Part shown: positions 13,116 through 25,793 of the stretch, piece after piece | Numbering within the stretch: position 1 is the first letter of the stretch | How the letters are laid out: every line of letters begins with the position of its first letter | Assembly (NCBI GenBank): GCA_907165135.1 | Contig: OU015569.1 | Location: 4,650,001 to 4,714,000, forward strand | Source: Oikopleura dioica | Taxonomy: Eukaryota; Animalia; Chordata | Reading direction: 5' to 3' | Length of the DNA stretch: 64,000 nt | Notes under the pieces: generated by a model | Databases searched by the model: none | What the model was told of the DNA's origin: nothing | The model's input: the letters and a program-made list of their open reading frames with translations, nothing else | Program-made: the position numbers and the translations under genes

Positions 13116-16084
13116 ATGAAATTTTTGAAGACAGCAGTCACTATTCCTGCTGTCTTTGGCAATGAGATTAACTTCGACCCGTCGATGTGCGATGGCACCG
13201 AAATGGCTACGACAAGAGAATATCGCCCAGTTTGTGGTACAAACGGAGAGACCTTCAGCAACCCAAGCGTCGCAAAGATGAACTACTGTATGGGCGTTCC
13301 AGGGCTGAGCGGGATCAAGAGCTTCGGTCAGTGCCTGGATTCGGGCTGTCCTGCCTTTTGCCCGCGCGATTTCCGGCCTGTCTGCGGCTCCGATGGAGCT
13401 ACCTACCCAAACGAGTGTGTACTCAAAGACATGAGCTGTAGAACGGGTCGGTTGGTGATCAAAGTATCCGATGGGCCCTGCGCTGAAGTCGACAATGTTG
13501 ACGTGGAGCTACTTGAAGTCGTAAATCTCAAACAAGCTGGCAAGCCCGCCAAGAAGGGTAAAAAAGGCAAGAAAGGCAAAGGAAAGAAAGCTGGAAAAGG
13601 CAAAAAAGGCGGAAAAGGAGCCAAAGCACCAGCTAAAAGAAAGTGTGCCCACGTCGCTCAAGATGCAGAAGTCTGCGGCTCAGATGGAATCACATACCAG
13701 TCAGCATGTCACCTAAAGCAGAAAAATGAGGAAGGCCTCACAGATGCTATCCGAGCTTATAAGGGAAAATGTAGAGAAGAAGTGGAAGAGGAGGAATCCG
13801 AGAGTATGCAGATGGATGCTACCTACTACGAAGAAGAGGAAGAGGAAGAAATTCTTCAAGGCGACATCGGCCTTAATAGCTGTGAGCAGGGTTCTAAATT
13901 TGAGGCAAAATTTAAAAGTCTAGTCTGTCCGTGTCCGTGTCATCCGCCAAAATCCCAAGTCTAGTCTATCCGTGTCCGGATCGAAAACGGATTTTTGTCC
14001 GGTCTAGTCCCGGACATGTCCGTTTTGTCCGTTTTTGTCCGTAAAATCCTGACACATTTTTTTAAAGAAAAAGTCTGGCCTAAAAAATCTTGTCCGTAAA
14101 TGTCCGTAAAATTTCATGGGTAAAAAACTAATTTTTATCGAAATAAACCCGACAAGACCAAAAAAAATCTTTGAAAATAATTTCGGCAGAGAATACATCG
14201 AAATATCGAGTTCTTTTCAAGCCAATTTAAGAAAATCAAGGGACTTGCCTGGGACAAGAGTCGCAAGTTTATTGCTATTTTTTCGGAAGAAGATACGCTC
14301 AGCTCAAAGACTTCATAAAATTTCTAGCTAAGCTCAGCATCAACTGGTTAAAACCAGCCCGTCTCAGAGTCTCGGAGTCAGAGAAGATAAAAATTTATTT
14401 GAAGAGAGAAATAAGAAGTGATTTTCTCAAGTTAGAGAATAGTCTTTTTGAACAAGACTAGAACTTTCACAACGATTTTTTTAGCTAGGACCTTTTTCTC
14501 AAAGCTGAGCTAAGCTGTATGAAAATTTGCGAAACTGAGCTGAGCTTGCGTTTTCTTAATGTCAGCTGGTGTTATCCAAGCTGACCTTAGCTGGCGTTAT
14601 GAAAAAAATCATTAGTCTGAGCTGAGTTCTCTCAAAATGATCGAGCTGAATGACTGAGCGGGCTAGCCCGACCGCTGACCCTCAACACGTTGAGCTGGCT
14701 TTTTCCGATAATTGCTGTGCTGAAAGTCCCAAATTAGGACTCGCAATGAATTAGCCGAATAATGAAGGACCTAATATAATATTATTTTTTAATTTAATTT
14801 CTTATTTTCATTGAGACTCGGTCCTCAAAGTTCCGGCTTCGGACCAGCAAAAAGACATATCAATTAAAAGTTATCATCGATATTTTCCGGCAAAAAGTCA
14901 AAATTTTGATATTTTCAAATTTTTAACTGAAAACCTGGCTTATATTATCAAACAATGACGTTGGTTCAGGCTTTTTTGAAACGAATTCGAACTCAAATCG
15001 TGCTTTTTTACGGATTTTTTCGGATTCTGCCCGGATTTTACAGACACGGACAAAAGTCTGGGGTTGTCTGGATTTCACGGACAAATACGGACAAATACGG
15101 ATTTTGTCCGGATCGTGACAAAAGTCCGGTCTAGGCTGTCCGTTTTTTCCTCAACCAATAGACTAAAAGTCTAGTCTGTCCGTACGGACAAGACCGGACA
15201 GACACGGATAAAATCCGTACACGGACATGTCCGTTTAGAACCCTGGCTGTGAGGAAAGATGCCCTATGATCCACTCGCCAGTTTGTGGCTCAGATTATCA
15301 AACGTATTACAATGAGTGCGAGCTCCGAAATGCCGCTTGCAGAAAACCTGATCTCAATATTTCCATAATGGAAGAAGGTGAATGCCCATGTCCCGGATTC
15401 ATGTGCCCACGAATGTACATGCCTGTCTGCGCTTCTGATGGAAATACATATGCCCAGTAAGGACGAGATAGAGTTTTTTCGAATATTTTTTTTCGAACTG
15501 TCTCTTATACTTTTTAGTCCCTGTCTTTTCAAATCAGAAGCTTGCGCTTCTGGCACAGAAATGGAGATTCTAAGTGCTGGCGAATGTCCCGAAGACATGG
15601 CGCGGATCGAGCTAAAAGGTGCCTTCTGTCCATGCCCTCGAATTCTCGCTCCTGTTTGTGGTGAAGATGGCAAAGACTATAGGTAAAACGTCACGGGTAA
15701 TCATTAATTCTAATAGGAGGTTGTAGCAACGAATGCGAGGCAGAATGCAACGATGTGGAAATCAAGCAGCACTGCAGCTGCGAGTTCGACAGTTGCGCAA
15801 CTATGCTCGACGATTTCAACATGATGTTCGGAGGTTTCTTCGATGACGTCGAAGAAGAGACAGTAGAGGAAACCGAAGAGGAGGAAGATGCCGAGCTCTG
15901 CTCAAATCAGGCAGCACGAAACTGCAACGCCAGTTCAGGTGAAGTTTGCGGCTGGCGAGAATCAGATGGATACCAGTTCTATCGCAACCATTGTGCCATG
16001 GTCAGACAGACATGCAGAGATGACGACCCCGCAGTGCTTAAACAGGAACCAGTTTGCGTCAGAAAGGTTTGTCTCAAGAAGTAA
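13116..16084 (+). CDS. Secreted multi-Kazal-domain protein (about 7 Kazal-like repeats), interrupted by a hAT-type element in a coding exon
   Basis: Signal peptide MKFLKTAVTIPAVFG. Repeated PVCGSDG/TNG-TY-N-C motifs at 13.2, 13.4, 13.7, 15.27, 15.4, 15.65 and 15.95 kb. GT-AG introns near 15458 and 15683. Removing 13887-15245 plus one TSD restores N-S-C-E-E-R-C-P-M-I-H-S-P-V-C-G-S-D. Confidence 0.9.
13887..15245. mobile_element. Non-autonomous hAT-type DNA transposon (1359 bp)
   Basis: Perfect 12-bp TIR CAGGGTTCTAAA / TTTAGAACCCTG. 8-bp TSD GCTGTGAG (13879-13886, 15246-15253). Dense subterminal TGTCCG/CGGACA repeats in both arms. No transposase ORF. Confidence 0.93.
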
Positions 16085-16291
16085 GCACAAGACTTATTTA
16101 TTGGTTTTAGCCAAATGGAAACTACCGCGAGATCCGTTCTATGTGCCTCTTGATGAATAAATTCCCAGACGCCGAAATCGTCGACGATTCTAATTGTGGC
16201 CTTGGAGCAAATGGATTCTGGGGCTAATGGATTTTTCGACCCTCTTCGCTTTATATTTCAATAAATCATTCCTTCATACTTTTTGACTCAT

Positions 16292-19200
16292 TTATTCGAA
16301 GTCAATAATAAATGTCCGCAGTTCCATCGGGGCAATAACGACGGTTTTGCCAGTTACAGGAAGGCTATCATCCTCTTCTGCGGAAGAGTTCTTCGGCCAA
16401 ATGAGTCGATTTCGTGATCCTTTGACAACGTTCCCGATAATGTTTGTTTCGGTTATTCGTTTGATTATTCTGTATTCTCCATAGAGAGCAGAAAAATCGA
16501 AATTCTCAGCTAATGAAGGAATAATGTAACGTCCGCATGGTAAACATTACCTCGGTTAAACTTGTCACAACTTTGTCCAGGGGCACACAGATGCTCTAAT
16601 CGAATCATATGAGAATTATTTCCGAGTAGTTCCAGGCTTGAAACTGCCACCAACGTATTTTCTTTTTTGAATTTATAAATTTTAAGTATATTAGTACAAA
16701 GTATTTTTAAAGTGCATCTTCGCTTATAAAATCATTCCTTTCGGCATTGAAATATCGCCAAATCTTGTTAATTTGATTTCATTCTCGTTTGACTTTTTAA
16801 ATGCAACCCATGGCTCATTGAAGACGAATTTTTCTATCATTTGGTCTTCTATTCCTTTTAGAGGATTAGACGATCGTTTTTGATTTTTCCCAGTAAAGAG
16901 GATGAGGTGCTTTCCTTGAACTATCAGCCCCTTTCCAAACTGTCCTGGATCATTCAGAGGTTCGTCAACTCCTCGACCGTCGTCTTTCGTCGTCTCTCTA
17001 AAAATATTTTCGAAAATTCTTCAATCAACTTTTCTTCCTTTTACCTGAGGAGCATCAATTCAACTGATCCAGATTTAACTGAGGATCCTCCTTGAGCTCG
17101 ATCTGGAAAAATACTGACACTTCTTCTAGTCGACTCTTCATTTATACGAATCTTGCTTGTTACAGGATAGTAGTTTCCGGCTATTTTCTCCGTCTGATTT
17201 AGTTTCCATGTTTTCCGGGCATCTCGCGTTCTGACCAGTTCTCCTCGTCCATTCGTATCTTAGTCTTACGATGTATTCAAAGAAAAGAATAGTCATCTAC
17301 CTGTTACGAAGGATTTTCCAGTGTTCAGCTTTGTGTCAAGTCGGAAGATCAATTCCATGCCTGGATGAGGTAGTTCGCCGATGATGAATTCATGCTCTAT
17401 GATTGGATGATGCTAAATAGCGAAGTTACTGTAACTGTAAACTCCTTTGAAAATGATTACTTCAAAGAATCGGAATCGCTGCTCAGCCCAAGAATTATAC
17501 TTTAGCCGGACGTCTGTAAAAAGTCGGCCCTTAGTTACTGCAACTCGCGGTTTGCCAACGCAAGCTGCTTTGTTTGAGGTGGGACGAAAAATGTACGCTC
17601 CAGAAGCTTGATCAGAAGCAGTAGAAGATGCATAACTCCAGAGATGGCACTGAGAACGCATAATAATGCCATTTATTGAACGAATTCCAGCACGATCAAT
17701 TTCAAGCTTGTTCGAGCCCACTGTAAGGCGGACTCGTCCCCGTGACCTCAGTTCTACTGGAGACATCTGGGCTGCTGGAACGATGCTACGCCTTCTTCTC
17801 ATTTCTGGACGGCTCTCTTGTTTTTTAGATGATACCTAAAATCATTAGTTTTTTTTGCATTATAAGAGCATTTACTTTAAAAGTGTTTATACTGAAAGGG
17901 TCAAGTTGCCCGGTAAAAACGTTAAGTTGAAAACCAGTCGCACCAGAATGCCCAGTTTGAACCTTGACGAAGTTCTCCATATTTGACGAAATCTGGAAAG
18001 GTTGATTCGCCCCATTAGAAGTTATAATGTATTCTCTGCCACTGTCGTAGTTTATCGGGATGGGAAGAAGTTTAGCTGTCGGAAAGCTTCCAGGATTGAT
18101 GACAACAAATTCAAAGTCGTCATTTTGTGACGATACATCACAAACAGAAATATTCAGGAAGTCGCAACGTGTGAACTCATCTCCAAGAGCAGATTGAATG
18201 ACCTCAGTGCACGCTTTGCTCGGGTTACACTGCTATTTCAATAACTAACAAATAGTATGATTTTAGTGTCCCGAGTCTTGGCGCCCTTCGTATAACCGTT
18301 GGGCATAATCAGCTGCCACATGCTGCCTCTCTGTTCCACTAACGGCGTCGTGATGCTGGGCCACAGCAAATGCACGTTCTAGTATTTCAACTTTATCCTT
18401 CATCTTTCCCTGGAGATGAATGTCAGCCAGTTTGCAAGTAGCCAAGAAAACATTAGTCTCTCGCACGTAACGCTTCAGCGCTGCTCGAGAGGTAAAATAA
18501 CCAGTCTTGATTTCGTGTTTTTGATTTTGCTTCTCTTCTATGACATCAAATTCAAAAAATCAAAAACCATTCCCAAAACATGTGCGGTCCATCTGCATAC
18601 GGGAAGAAATCATCAACGACTTCTTCGAGATCGTTTAGCTCCTCGTTTTTCGCTTTCATGTAGCAGCTTGGAGTTGAGTAAATCAAATTTAAGCCGACAT
18701 CGGCGGCATTTACGTATTTAATCAATTTGTCCAAGTTTTTATACCACATAAACGCATTCCGGTACTTTTGGAAGATGAAATATTGATTCATAAATGCAAA
18801 TTTTTGATAATTCTCATCGTTCCTGAAAATCAGAGCCCATCGTCATCATAATATTATTTCCTTTGAAATGTGCACGCTGCTTCTCGGCTTCAATTTTGAA
18901 TCTTTTGATGACGTCGTCAACATTGTAATCATGGAGGCGCTTGTCGTCCATGATCGGTTGGTCGCCCTCGCAGACCCAATCAAAACAAAATCCAGGTGGA
19001 GGATTGTATCCATTTTCGTTGAGTCCACTTTCACTTGAGTCCAAATGGAAAGTATCAAAAAATGGCTACTTTGGAGATCCTTTGCCTGAACAATGATCCG
19101 ATATTGAAAGACCCGGTTGATCTTGTTTGCCAAAGAAATTCCATCCTCTTGTCTTTTTGCCGCTGCAGTTTGTCTTGATAATCCGCTCGGCCGAAGAAGA

Positions 19201-19919
19201 GTCCGTCAAAACCGGCTAATGCAAAAATCTCTGCTTGCGTTTTTGAATGGCCAAACGGGTCAATCTGCCAACCGACCCTCGGCTGACCACATTCAGAACC
19301 GAATACCTCGCTAAGATATCTTTTCGAGGACGAAAGACCATCAATGATTACACTTTCATATTAATCACGGTGTCACCCTTTCACTAACTCCAAGCGAAAG
19401 CTGTTGGATCATCCCTGTGTAGTGAACAGTCGCCTCGTCATTCATGCACCATCCACCAAGAATAAATTCAAGTTGTCCGCTGAAATTCATTAAATAAATC
19501 GCTAAGACCAAGTACTACGTCTCAACCAATTTGCGAACGTTATCTTTCATCAACTGCTCTTGCTCTTCCCACCATCGCCAAAAGTAAGCAGTTTCCACGA
19601 AGATGAATCGTTTTGACGGATCCGCAAGGAGATTCGGCACAACAGTGTCTAGAATGTACTGGACTCCTGCATTCGCCCATTTGATCGTGTCGTTTGACCC
19701 GTAATAATATTGATCTTGGTTGTAATTAATTTCTCAGAAAAACACAGCAAATAACGTTTCCATACCTACTGTTTTCAGCCAGCCGACGTCATCGTGCGTG
19801 TGTGGTACAAGATGTACGTTAAGCTTATCCGCGACAATGTCATGGCAGTTTCCGTAGAAACACTTTGATTCTTCTCCCAACGAAATCCGCAAAAGAAGAA
19901 AGTAAAAAAGACTCTTCAT
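16292..19919 (-). CDS. MAN2B1: Lysosomal alpha-mannosidase (GH38), multi-exon
   Basis: [108 protein letters not shown], C-terminal PMELRTF...*. Signal peptide at the start. Confidence 0.96.
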
Positions 19920-20975
19920 CGAAATCTATTTCTCTTTTCTTTTAAATCAAGACGGCTGCCAATTCGACTAAGAAGGAAGGAAACGGCGAAAACAACAACA
20001 ACAGTCCAAAATGCTGACATTCGAGAATATTTTAGCGGGGTTCAATCTCCTTCTAAGTCAGTACTTTCCTCGTTTACATAAAACAACAAGAGGACGTGAC
20101 AAATTAGCACTTTTACGATTGATTGAAAAAGATGTTTATTTGTATGAACTTGCAGAAAATTAAACTCAAAAGACATGGAGTTGTTTAAAAACACTACCTA
20201 CAGACTTAGTAATCGAGCCAAGGTGAATTGCTTTGTTTTGTATCCGTAGTCATAAATTAGTGATAGAAGAATTGTACATCTAAAAGCTAAAAGGTCTTTT
20301 CGAAATATAGAGCAGAGATGTTCAAAGTGGGAATGAGATTAATCTGTCAGGGAAATCTACTCCGCTTGAACATTTTAGGGCACCAACACCCGATGATCCA
20401 AAAGATTCCTATCATCAGGTCAAAATGTCGGTTGAGTCAAGGTGGAATAGAGATTTCCTGCATAATTATTCTCGTCACTCATTCATATTCTGATGATCCT
20501 CATTTCTCAGAGACTCGCGATATTTTGTTTACAGTTTGTATAAAATACATAGATAAGGGCACTTGAAAATGATAAATGTTTTTTAGTTAAAGCCAGATAC
20601 ACAATCAACTGACGAGCACAATAAAAATTAAAGTACGGAAATACTGTATAATATGGTTTTATCCTGAGTACGGCCGTCGTGATCGGTAAAAGTAACGATG
20701 CTTTAGTGCGCAGATATCCCAGCCTAGTCATACCATGCGTGAGTTGAGCAAGTAAATGTGCATTAGTGTCAAGAGGCTCTAAAAAGTTAAAGAGTGTTTT
20801 ACATTGGAAAAATCTAGGGCCGAAAACGAAGAATTCCAATATATAAACCATCGCTCAGGTAAAAAACCCTAAAGGCATATGTGTATATATTTCGCGTCGC
20901 TGTTTCTAGGGCTCGAAATCTTGATCGTTTCAAAGTGGTATTTGAATTTCCAAGAGCCTTTCCTTTTTACAGGCA

Positions 20976-23003
20976 TTAGTGGGCAGTAGTGTTTCCGTGG
21001 TGTGCAGAGTTCTCGAGCTCTTTGCTGACGATGATGTAAGTCATGACCGTCTGGTTGAAGATGCCAAACATGATTAAGATCCAGGGTAGCATCGTTTTCA
21101 AACTCAATCTGCGAGAAACTAGTAACAATGAGCTAAAAATTGACCCTACTTTTTGTCCTTGTGGCAGATAAAGATGAAAAATAGTGAAGGGAAGACGATC
21201 ATGAGGTTCGTTGCGGAAATCTGGCCTCCCATCGCGAAGAAGATTTTGAGATCTTCAACTGACACCACGATACAGTAGATGATTGCCATGATGGTGACAG
21301 TCACACCGTAATGGTACTTGCCAGCGATCTAAAGATTGACAACTTAGTTTTTTCTTCAATTCTGTCACTTACAAATTCAGGCTCTTCTTCTGGGAAAATG
21401 TTGAGGAAGATCGACTTTCGGAGAACGAAGCAGAAAAGAGGCGCGGAGAAAGTGACAACGAGGACCATCATGAACTAAGTAAACGTGTTTACATTTCCGA
21501 AATCAACTATGAACGAACCTTGGCAATAACAACTTGGATCTCAGTAGAAGCACTGTCCATTTTAAGGTATTCGAACATAAGCAGGAATTCGGCGTTGACG
21601 TGGTTGAAGAAAGAAAAGTAGCCAAACACAGCAGTAATCGTATAGACGGAAACGACCAAGAGTAGAGATGCAAGGATGATCTTCATCATTTTTCCTTTCG
21701 ACTTGATAAAAGAAATATATGATTTCATTAATAAACACAAGATCAGTTACTTTTCGGCGAAGGTCGCAGTAGATCGGCAACATCGTTCCATGGCATTCGA
21801 AAGAAAATAGAAGAGTTGGGAGCGAATAGATAGCCTAGAATTAAATGTAAGTGGAGAGGATATTTAATCTTCGCACGTCAGAACTGAGTCGGAATGGATG
21901 AGCTTCGCATTCTTGTGTGGTTTCAGGGCAATGTTCACAACCTAAATTTCTACGATAGAGCCTAATAATGTGTATGTCTTTCATTACTTTCAGGATATTC
22001 CAACGGACATTGGCCGGCAGCAAAGTCTTTTTGGGTGATGACAGTAACGACGAAGAAAATGATGGCGAAAATGGCAATAGCGGAGGTGTAACCAAGATTT
22101 TTCACGTTTCGAAGACAGGCGAGTGGTGTGATGATGAAGGCGATAAACAAGCCGACGAGAGTTTTTTCGTTTAGGTACCATCTCTAAAAAGCCAAGTCAG
22201 TCTTCTATGTCTGCATTGATAGACTCACTCCTTCGACGCCACCGTCGGATCGTAGGGTAGCAAGATTTACGGTTTCGCTTCCAGAGACGAGGTTTATTAA
22301 CCTCGCTAGAATGGGGCCGCACTCTTTGCGGATGACGAAGGAATATGCACAGCAACAGGTGAACGTGTGAAACATGACAATTGCGGAGACGATCCGTTTA
22401 CCTTTTTTTATCAATTTTAAAGAAGCTCTTTGGAAAGAAGGACTTACCCAATATTTTGTTTCCTGCAGCAAGGTATCCTAGTTCTTCGTAGCCAGGAATA
22501 ATTAAAGGATCTATCCTCTCTAAGTGTTGAGCGGCTTGATTATTATTAGAAAGGTGTTGAGCCAGTGAATTAATTACCCGAAAGGTTGAAATACTGCGTA
22601 CAACAGGCAATAATGACGACCGTAAATATGGCCATCGTGAAGCCAACATAGCCAAACTACAAGTGTTATTGAGGAGGGGAAGCAAAGGATTTGTACTGAC
22701 TTGTGCGGCAGCAAAAGGAAGTCCGATCACACCGCCGCCGATGACCAAATTCATCATGTTAAAGACGGAGAGTGCGATGCTCCTAGCATCCTTCTTGAAG
22801 TCAGGCTGGGAAACATGAGTCGCTCTCGATCTTCTCGACGCGATAGATTTCTTAAGAACGGCTTAAAAACCAACAATAAAGAGATACAAAGAACCCTAGA
22901 TTGATCTGGTTTGAATCGAGATGTTTCGTTGAGATCGTCAGCGATTCCTGTGAAGGAAACGCCAGATCCCGCTGGGTTTTTTGTATCAACTATGTCATCT
23001 GGG
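20976..23003 (-). CDS. SLC38-family amino acid transporter (5' end unresolved; possible upstream exon at 24372-24502)
   Basis: SVFNMMNLVIGGGVIGLPFAAAQ, YEELGYLAAG, LPIYCDL, MMKIILASLLLVVSVYTITAVFGYFSF and multiple TM exons. Ends ...SKELENSAHHGNTTAH* at 20976. Confidence 0.85.
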
Positions 23004-23877
23004 TCTTAAAACGGGATCAAAATGAATAAAAAACGAAATTCTGAAGAAAACGGAAATCAGCAAAGAGTAAATACACTCTCATAAAAAAATTTGGGAATTA
23101 CTGCTTGATTCAAAATCACTGATAAGGATTGTTTTAGGTAGTTAATAGTTCTTTAGTCTCTTCTCACCTCTGGGTCAATCATTATTTGGGATTTTCCGAA
23201 TGCGGCACAAGCGTGAGAAGGGCAAAGTACACGCGGAATATGAAAGACCCAATTCTAGCACTTCTATAAAAAAATTCTTCCTAGACCCAGAGGCGTGTTC
23301 ATGAATCAATGGGGAGTGAGCTCTCTCATTTATTGTTCGCGATGTCTGACTTTTGCTTAATGCATACGATGGCTTATTTTCAATGATTATTAACTTTTTT
23401 AGCCTGTCTAATTTATTCATTCAAAGCCTTGACTCAAAAGGTTGATTTTTAATCTTCTCATCTGCAATATTTCAAAAGAAATAACTGCATATACCTATTA
23501 GGAAAAAAACTGAAGGTGCCCGAAAAGGTTAACTATCTTTCAGTCATAAATCTTTGGAGTCAAATGCCTCTTCTTATCAGCATCTGTTTCAGATTCTTGT
23601 ATATCTCTAAGGGCGATTTAAGAAATCTCTATCTCCGACAAAAGGCGGTTTGGTCCCGTTTTCTAATCCCTCCAGAAGGTTTTGCTGGTTTAGCGGAATC
23701 CCGTTTTGCATTTTTGTGAGGAGCGGATTATTCACTCAACCCTTGTCAAACTTTTTTGCTTACCTCCTTCGAAGAGCCCCCTGGTTGGACTTCGTGTTTC
23801 TAAAAACCATAAATTAGAAGATTGACAGCGCACACGCCCTAGGCCAGATGAATGTCGACCTGAAACCCAAAGGACCT

Positions 23878-23887
23878 GTCACGTGAT
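23878..23887. promoter_or_regulatory. E-box / CLEAR-like motif GTCACGTGAT upstream of the SLC38-MAN2B1 pair
   Basis: Motif match only. Similar ATCACGTGAC copies at 2880 and 42385 have no lysosomal context. Confidence 0.25.
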
Positions 23888-25733
23888 CATGAATCCAAAA
23901 TTCATCTTCAAAAGGTCACTCGCTAATTTTGGGAAATGAGCAACTTGCTAACTAGATTTGACAAGTTAGTCAAGGCCAGGAGGGTGCTTTGTTAAGGATA
24001 CCTAATTAAAGCAGTTCTTGACTTACACTTCCTAAGAGAGTGCGTGAATTCTCAATCAAATCTCTCTCCACAAAAATAATATCTCAATTCAAAACGACAT
24101 ATTTCCAAAATGTAGATAGACTACAATATACTGTTAATATGAAAATATAGAGATTAATAAAATATTATTAATACTATCATTTGAAATACACCAAGATATA
24201 CGTACTTTCTTTCTTCATTCAAATTTATTTTGCTGTGATTGAAAGAATCTACATTGTAGATTCCACAATCTGCATTATGTAGCGCTATTTTATGTTTTAT
24301 CCGACTTATGCAGCTACAATAAAAGCAAAAATACAGAAAAAAGTAGTCAAGAAAAAATCAAGAGACTTACCACAAGTGCAGCGGAGGAGTGAGTGACGGT
24401 GTCGAGGGAGGAGACGATATTGTTGGAAGACTGGTAGCCAAAATCTTGGGAAATCATAAGTTCGTCGTTCGAGTCCACGATTTTTTGTGAGGAGCTTGTC
24501 ATCGGAAAATAATCGATATTATCCCTACAAGTTGATTATGCTCTGTTTTCTTGTTTTTTCTGAAAAGAAAAGCGGAAGTTATATATGAGGCCTCGCCCTT
24601 TTTCCTTTGGGTAAATTTCTGGCAGTTTTGAAAAAGGAGGGGCCATCCTTTATGATCGATTCATCGTCACATGATTTAGCTCAATATTGGTCGATATCAT
24701 CGCGTAATATTCTGGTTAAAAATATAATGTCCAATGGGATACATCTTTCGTCATGCATTTTTAAGAATATGTCAAACATTTTCCTTCTGCTCAACTGGAA
24801 AAAGGCAAAAGTCCGACTAGTAATAAATTCGAACCAACAAAATAATCATCAAGCTATTTTTTACCGTTGACGGACATTAATACGGCTGCGCCAACTTTTT
24901 ACGGGGTTTGCATCGATTGCTACGATTGAGTCCTTTTTTACGGTTATAAATGCATTGTAGGGACCGTAGCAATCAACGCACAGGTTAGGGTGGGCATCAA
25001 CCAAGGCCTAGATAGCCTCAGAGTTTAATAATTTTCTAAATGAGCGACAAACCCGACCTTGGTTGATGCCCAACCTGGACTGTGCGTTGATTGCTACGGT
25101 CCCTACAAGAGATTCATAGCCGTAAAAGAACGCAACCGTAAAGGTAAATCCCGTAAAACGCAGAAAAGGCGCGCAGTCGTATTGACCAGCTTTTTAGGTC
25201 AGCATTTTTATAACTTTTTTGGCTTGAGGTATCTTCAAAATTTAAATTGGAGGATGATCCTTGGCCAAAAGAAAATTTTCCACCGGTCGAATTTTTTGAA
25301 CCGGCCGGTTAAACTCGCGGTAAATCGCGGTTCAGCCCCTTATGACCCTAGAATACCCCTAATATGGGTATCAATCGACTTCCTATGAAATTTCAAGTCG
25401 AATGAAATATGAACCGCGGTCAACCGCACTTAACCGGGCGGTTAAAATCGCGGTTTAGCCCTTTTTGACCTTCAGAGACCCCTAATACGGGTATCAATCG
25501 ACTTCTTATTCAATTTCTTATCATAATAAATAAAAACCGCGGTTAACCGCGATGAACCGGCCGGTTAATTCGCGCTAAATCGTGGTTCAGCCGATTTTTT
25601 TATGCTCAAACCCCCCTTCAGCAACTCACAACCTTAACTAAAAACACTTATACAAAAAATGAATAAAAAATTTCTGAAAAACGAACACCATAATAGATAA
25701 ACAAGAAGGGGGAATCTGGTAACAAGTAAATAC

Positions 25734-25752
25734 GGGTGAGGGTGGGGTTGGG
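25734..25752 (+). other. G-quadruplex-forming motif GGGTGAGGGTGGGGTTGGG leading minisatellite 1
   Basis: Four G-runs of 3 or more with 1-3 nt loops. Homolog on the minus strand at 36541-36560. Confidence 0.75.
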
Positions 25753-25793
25753 GACAGAACTAAGACTGATCACCTTAGTTTTAATCGCCTTTA

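Noticed and set aside
13890-13964. C-terminus of ORF 13116-13964 as the true end of the Kazal protein
   Set aside because: These codons come from the inserted hAT element. The Kazal frame resumes after the second TSD.
20170-20870. Possible small gene between MAN2B1 and SLC38
   Set aside because: Protein-like fragments exist on the plus strand, but I could not build a phase-consistent model.
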